From: Nitrospirota bacterium
GTDB lineage: Bacteria; Nitrospirota; Thermodesulfovibrionia; Thermodesulfovibrionales; SM23-35
NCBI GenBank assembly: GCA_040753955.1
Contig: JBFMDQ010000005.1
Coordinates: 1-61,848, forward strand
Reading direction: 5' to 3'
Length of the DNA stretch: 61,848 nt
Shown: positions 57,252 to 61,848 of the stretch, in pieces
Layout of the letters: the number at the start of each line of letters is the position of its first letter
How positions within the stretch are numbered: the first letter of the stretch is position 1
Notes under the pieces: generated by a model
The model's database searches: none
Told to the model about the DNA's origin: nothing
The model's input: only the letters and a program-made list of their open reading frames with translations
Position numbers and translations under genes: made by a program

Positions 57252-59261
57252 TTATCTGTGATACTTTGTTACCAAAAATCTATCTGATTCAAGATATTCT
57301 ATGGCACGATTGATATCTTCCTTTTTGCCAATTAAAAGAAGAATATCTCCTCTCTTCAGGACAAAGTCTGGTTGTGGGTTTTGATGAACCTTATCTTCAC
57401 GCTGGACTGCAATAATAGTGATCCCTGTTTCAGTCCTGAGGCGAAGCTCCTTGATGGAATGTCCATCTACCAAGGATGCCTCCTTTATTAGATATGACTC
57501 TGTATTTATCTCCTTTAGTAATTCATATTTTTCCGCTAAATGTTTTCTGGGCAACTCTACAGTTCTAAGAATTCTGTAATTGTCTTTTCTGATATTATCT
57601 ATATGCTCTGTTATTACATTCCTTAGCATATGGTAATGATGAAGTGCTCTGGAAAATATCTCTACCGATGTCTCGAACTCTTCTGGAATCACTTCGTTGG
57701 CGCCAAGCGTTTTGAGGTCATCCACCTCAGCGACATATCTTGTTCTTACGATGATATAAATGTCAGGGTTTTCATGCCTTGCAATTGAGACTATTCTCCT
57801 TGTAGAAGCAGGATCAGATATTGCTATAACGAGGAGCCTTGCCTTTTCTATGCCCAGTTTATAAAGTATCTCTCTACTTGTCCCATCACCATAATATATC
57901 GGCTCTCCTTTTTTCTTCATCTCCCTAACGGTATCGCTGTTCAGCTCAAGCACAACATAGGGTATCTCAGCCTCTCTCAATACCTTTGCCAAATTTCTCC
58001 CATTGAGACCAAACCCAATAATTATTACATGCCGGTGCCTTTTTCTCGGAAACCTCTCTCCCTCATAACCCTTTTTGAGTATCCTCAACTTTTTTAATAA
58101 ACGCCTTTCAGCTATCCATCCTGATACAGAGGGAGCAATCTGCAGCAGAAAGGGCGTAACCATCATCGTCACAACAGAAGAAGAAAGAAATATCTGATAG
58201 AAATCATCTGTTATAAGCCCCAGTGCCTTTCCTGAAATAGCAAGCACAAAGGAAAACTCACCAATCTGAGAGATCCCGAGACCAGCATGAATGGAAGTTC
58301 TAAGAGGGCTTCCTATCACAAGGGCTGAGAACATCCCTGTAATTATCTTAAGGCTGAATATCGATACAATAATGATTGTTATCTTTAAAAGGTGATCAAA
58401 CATATACTCTATATTCATCAGCATCCCGACAGAGACAAAAAACAGTCCTATGAAGCTTTCCTTAAAGGGTAATATATCTGCTGTTGCCTGGTGTGCATAC
58501 TCTGATTCCGATATTATAAGACCTGCCAAAAATGCTCCAAGGGCAAGGGAAAGGCCGGATCTTGCGGTTAGGAGTGCGATGCCAAGGCAAAGGAGTATAA
58601 TTGTAATGATAAATAGCTCTCGATTCCTTGTATGTACAACTTGATGGAGAAGGGCAGGAACTATCCATCTCGAACTGAGAAGCACAACTGCTATAATCAA
58701 GGCTGCCTTCCCCATTTTTATTAGGACATCCATTATGTTTATACTCTCTCCTGATAATGCAGGGATAAGTAGCATAAGGGGTACAACACAGAGGTCCTGG
58801 AAGATCAGTATTCCTATCATTATTCGTCCATGTGGAGAGTCTATCTCACCTTTTTCTGCAAGCGACTTTAAGACAATTGCGGTACTACTTAATGCAATAA
58901 GAAAGCCGTAAAAGACAGATTGATTAATATTTTTTATTGCAAAATAGGCAGCAGTGGCGGATAAAATTATGGTAAGCAATACCTGTACTCCGCCACTTCC
59001 TATAACGGCCTTCTTGATCCTGACAAATTTTGCCATGGAAAACTCAATGCCTATTGTAAAAAGGAGAAGTATGACGCCAATTTCTGCAAGAATCTCTATG
59101 GAGTGAGTGTCTTTTACTATTCCGATACCATAAGGCCCTATAATAACCACAGCAACAAGGAATCCGACAAGAGATGGTATCTTAAGCTTGTGAAGTAAAA
59201 ATACCATTAAGGCAGAGGCACCAAAGACGATGACTAATGATTTTAAGAATTCATATTCCAT
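57252..59261 (-). CDS. CPA2 cation:proton antiporter with TrkA-N and TrkA-C domains (KefB/KefC-like)
   Basis: LFTIGIEFS, LSSTAIV, FQDL and SQIGEFSFV; GFGLNG Rossmann motif; C-terminal TrkA-C. Confidence 0.92.
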   Translation of the reverse strand: MEYEFLKSLVIVFGASALMVFLLHKLKIPSLVGFLVAVVIIGPYGIGIVKDTHSIEILAEIGVILLLFTIGIEFSMAKFVRIKKAVIGSGGVQVLLTIILSATAAYFAIKNINQSVFYGFLIALSSTAIVLKSLAEKGEIDSPHGRIMIGILIFQDLCVVPLMLLIPALSGESINIMDVLIKMGKAALIIAVVLLSSRWIVPALLHQVVHTRNRELFIITIILLCLGIALLTARSGLSLALGAFLAGLIISESEYAHQATADILPFKESFIGLFFVSVGMLMNIEYMFDHLLKITIIIVSIFSLKIITGMFSALVIGSPLRTSIHAGLGISQIGEFSFVLAISGKALGLITDDFYQIFLSSSVVTMMVTPFLLQIAPSVSGWIAERRLLKKLRILKKGYEGERFPRKRHRHVIIIGFGLNGRNLAKVLREAEIPYVVLELNSDTVREMKKKGEPIYYGDGTSREILYKLGIEKARLLVIAISDPASTRRIVSIARHENPDIYIIVRTRYVAEVDDLKTLGANEVIPEEFETSVEIFSRALHHYHMLRNVITEHIDNIRKDNYRILRTVELPRKHLAEKYELLKEINTESYLIKEASLVDGHSIKELRLRTETGITIIAVQREDKVHQNPQPDFVLKRGDILLLIGKKEDINRAIEYLESDRFLVTKYHR

Positions 59262-59290
59262 TACGATAAGGACTCAGGCAGTGAGTATAT

Positions 59291-59794
59291 CTACTCTGAG
59301 TGCTCGGTGATTATCCGTCCCGGACAAATAAGAGATACTCCATGATGTGTGCTAAGCATCACTCCTTCAATAATTGGCTGATTCACCTTCCCCTCTGCCT
59401 GCCACTTAACTATAAAATTAGCTCCTGGGCCGCCTCTCTTATCATATTCCTTGATGTAAATATGAGTAGATTCTAATGGCTTCAGTTTCATGGGTTTTTT
59501 AACATAGCTATCTATCATATTGCCGCTTGTATCATAATAATCTGCCTTGAGTATCGTAATAGGATATTTGGGATCTGTATTGCGGATGCTCAACATTGCA
59601 GCAAGTTCGAGTCGCACCGCTTTAGGACCGGAATAGATATTGGAATAGATAGAAACATATACAGACTCGCCATATGAAAGTTCAGCGTCAGACATCGCAT
59701 GTGCACATATTGGTAAAAAGCATACTGACAGAACAACTGTTATTATTAAAAGCCTTGTGATGCCAGACATTAATTCATATTTACATTGAAACAT
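59291..59794 (-). CDS. DUF3124-like secreted protein
   Basis: VYVSIYSNIY...LSIRNTD...YYDTSG...GGPGANFIVKW...PIIEGVM. Confidence 0.8.
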   Translation of the reverse strand: MFQCKYELMSGITRLLIITVVLSVCFLPICAHAMSDAELSYGESVYVSIYSNIYSGPKAVRLELAAMLSIRNTDPKYPITILKADYYDTSGNMIDSYVKKPMKLKPLESTHIYIKEYDKRGGPGANFIVKWQAEGKVNQPIIEGVMLSTHHGVSLICPGRIITEHSE

Positions 59795-59866
59795 AAGAAT
59801 TTCCTCCTTCCTAATTAGAATGATGTTACTATAATCATACTACAACAATTTCTGGAGATTCCAATC

Positions 59867-60565
59867 TCATAAATGACTAATGTCGTCTTTCTTTTCTTCG
59901 CCCTTTATCTTCTTCTCAAGATACTCCTTTGCAATATCTCTTCCCCCAAGACCGAACGCTATCGCAAGTGCAAGGACTACACCGCCGAAGATTATTGCAA
60001 AGGCAATAACTATCGTCCCTCTTCCAATACCAAGCTGTTCAAGCGCCATAGTTAAAGCGAGTAAAAAAATAGTCAGCTTAACAAGTCTTCCTATCAGACC
60101 CGATAACTTTATACCTGCGTTAACAGCGGCAACCAATGCAGCTCGGCCAAGAAAGTTACTTAGAAGATAGCCAAAGAAGAGAATAAGAGCAGCGACGAAA
60201 ATATTTGGTAAATAAAGAAGGAATCTTTCGAGTACTCGCTCAATAGCAGGGACGTCAAGGGAATAGAGGGATAAAATTGAGAAACTGATTATAGTCAGCC
60301 AGCCAATGAGCTTTGAAAGGATAAGAGAGATGGGTTCTTTTATTCCACCCTTTTTTAGCATCTCAAGCATCCCAGATCTCTCTGAGAATTTATCGAGTTT
60401 TATTGCTCGAAAAAATCTCAAAAATATGGTTTTGAGAATCAAGCCAAGGATAATACCTGTGATAAATATCAGGATAGAACTAAGAAGTTCCGGGAGGAAA
60501 TGTAGCACTTTTTCAAAAAACTTATCAAGTGGTTCAATTATCAGCTTCCGTAAAAAGTCACTCAT
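59867..60565 (-). CDS. Conserved TM-helix repeat protein (CmpX / MscS N-terminal-like)
   Basis: YLPNIFVAALILFFG; ALEQLGI...AFGLGGRD. Confidence 0.8.
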   Translation of the reverse strand: MSDFLRKLIIEPLDKFFEKVLHFLPELLSSILIFITGIILGLILKTIFLRFFRAIKLDKFSERSGMLEMLKKGGIKEPISLILSKLIGWLTIISFSILSLYSLDVPAIERVLERFLLYLPNIFVAALILFFGYLLSNFLGRAALVAAVNAGIKLSGLIGRLVKLTIFLLALTMALEQLGIGRGTIVIAFAIIFGGVVLALAIAFGLGGRDIAKEYLEKKIKGEEKKDDISHL

Positions 60566-60579
60566 GTATACCCCCTTTT

Positions 60580-61839
60580 TTAATCCCAGTTTGTTACTAA
60601 AAATTCTTTCTCATTTTCAAAACTTATACATAATCTCTCTATTTTTTCTTCAACCTCTAATCTACTGCTTTCCCATGTTTCTGTAATAAAAGATGCTATT
60701 TTACCAAGATAAAGAGGTGTGAGAGATTTTAAAAGATGCTCTCTATTTAAGAGCTTTTTGTGTTCAGCAATGGCAAAACTATAAATAATCTTTGCCCATA
60801 CATCATCAGGGATACAGAATTCCCTCTTATGTAGCCCCTTTACCCTCTGGAGAAAATATATAATCTCTTCTGGAAGGAATCTCTTCCACATCCCTATAAG
60901 TTCTGCCACTCCAAGCCTGAATTTATCCATCATTCGATCGAGATTGACCGAGACAGGTTCAAGACCCACGGTATACTGAAAGCCGCATGTTATTATCGGT
61001 TCTGATCTGGTTACTTTTGTCCATACATGCGAGTATGTCTCCATTAGATCAAAGGTTGCTCCCACTACCTGATAGAGCATTGAGCTCAAATCAATACCTG
61101 GATCTTTAGGATCGTGTATCTTTGCACCTAAAAATGATTGGGCAATTTTAAAATTATTAGCAATAGCAGTAGTTGTCATCCATATATCTATTCCATATCT
61201 CGCAACATCTGTCTCCCAGACATCCTTGGTTAGATAAAACTTTGCCAGTTCACCTGAAAAACCAAAATCCCCGCCTATAGGTTGTCTCACGTGTTTGCCA
61301 TACAATGCCCTGGTTAAGGGATATATGATACTGTTAGTTATTGTTCCATCATATTTATGCCTATGGTAAAGAGGGGCAACATAATCAAAATTACCATCAA
61401 TTATAGGTTTAATTAGGAGTTCAATCCACTCAGGGGTGATACTCCGCACGTCAGAGTCCATCACCGCACATGCCTTCGCATTAAGGGCATCTGCTATCTC
61501 AAATATGGTTCTGAAGGCACTTCCCTTCCCTGGAATACCGTGATAGGGAGTTGCTATCTTAAAAACAGGTTCAACCCTATGAGATAAGAGAATAGATTGG
61601 AAATCCTCAATGGTGGTATTTTTAACAATATCCATAGTTCCATCTGTAGAGCCACCATCAGAATTTAAAAGGACGGATTTCTTGTCAGGAAAATACTTTA
61701 TAAGACCTATCTGCGCAGCCCTCACTACATGGCCAATGGTTCGGGCATTGTTGTAGCTCGGAATTCCAATAAGGATGTCAACCTCTTTTATTTCGTCAAT
61801 TCGTTCCTGAACCTCTTTTCTAAAAATAATGCCTTTCAT
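60580..61839 (-). CDS. GT2 glycosyltransferase, glucosylglycerate/mannosylglycerate synthase-like
   Basis: IGIPSYNN, SDGGSTDGT, GKGSA, DSD, RQPIGGDFGFS, YGIDIW and KIHDPKDP motifs. Confidence 0.85.
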   Translation of the reverse strand: MKGIIFRKEVQERIDEIKEVDILIGIPSYNNARTIGHVVRAAQIGLIKYFPDKKSVLLNSDGGSTDGTMDIVKNTTIEDFQSILLSHRVEPVFKIATPYHGIPGKGSAFRTIFEIADALNAKACAVMDSDVRSITPEWIELLIKPIIDGNFDYVAPLYHRHKYDGTITNSIIYPLTRALYGKHVRQPIGGDFGFSGELAKFYLTKDVWETDVARYGIDIWMTTTAIANNFKIAQSFLGAKIHDPKDPGIDLSSMLYQVVGATFDLMETYSHVWTKVTRSEPIITCGFQYTVGLEPVSVNLDRMMDKFRLGVAELIGMWKRFLPEEIIYFLQRVKGLHKREFCIPDDVWAKIIYSFAIAEHKKLLNREHLLKSLTPLYLGKIASFITETWESSRLEVEEKIERLCISFENEKEFLVTNWD

Positions 61840-61848
61840 CTCGACCCG

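Noticed and set aside
122-60686. The many other 60-190 aa antisense or nested ORFs in the track
   Set aside because: They lie opposite or inside well-supported genes and lack RBSs or motifs

Overview
A mostly housekeeping stretch of an anaerobic bacterium; gene content and order suggest Nitrospirota/Thermodesulfovibrionia-like or a deltaproteobacterial relative (inference). Core genes include recO, aspC, alr, tatA, mobA, 6S RNA-rny-ymdB-pgpA-thpR-recA-pilT-recX-alaS, etfBA-fabD-xerC-hslVU, pmbA-queD-hpt, addBA, kefC and a compatible-solute-type glycosyltransferase. Accessory material sits at the left end (GC-rich ORF, hicBA between long palindromes, tRNA-Gly(CCC), YeiH plus an unannotated 39-aa membrane peptide), around 25-26 kb (SDR plus gene remnants), at 36.9-44.5 kb (archaeal-type Hel308, two PflX/AmmeMemoRadiSam radical SAMs, PRTase, alpha/beta hydrolase, HhH protein) and at 53.9-56.1 kb (MoxR ATPase plus GXGXG protein). 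The main unexplained structure is a dense population of small palindromic, MITE-like and 7/8-mer tandem repeats. These are nested in each other, inserted in-frame in conserved proteins (RecO, Alr, MobA, PmbA, AddA, AddB), apparently in 6S RNA, and disrupt a small Cys-rich gene with a TA duplication. There is also a three-copy attC-like repeat family and a decayed era remnant. No CRISPR array, rRNA or complete transposase was seen.
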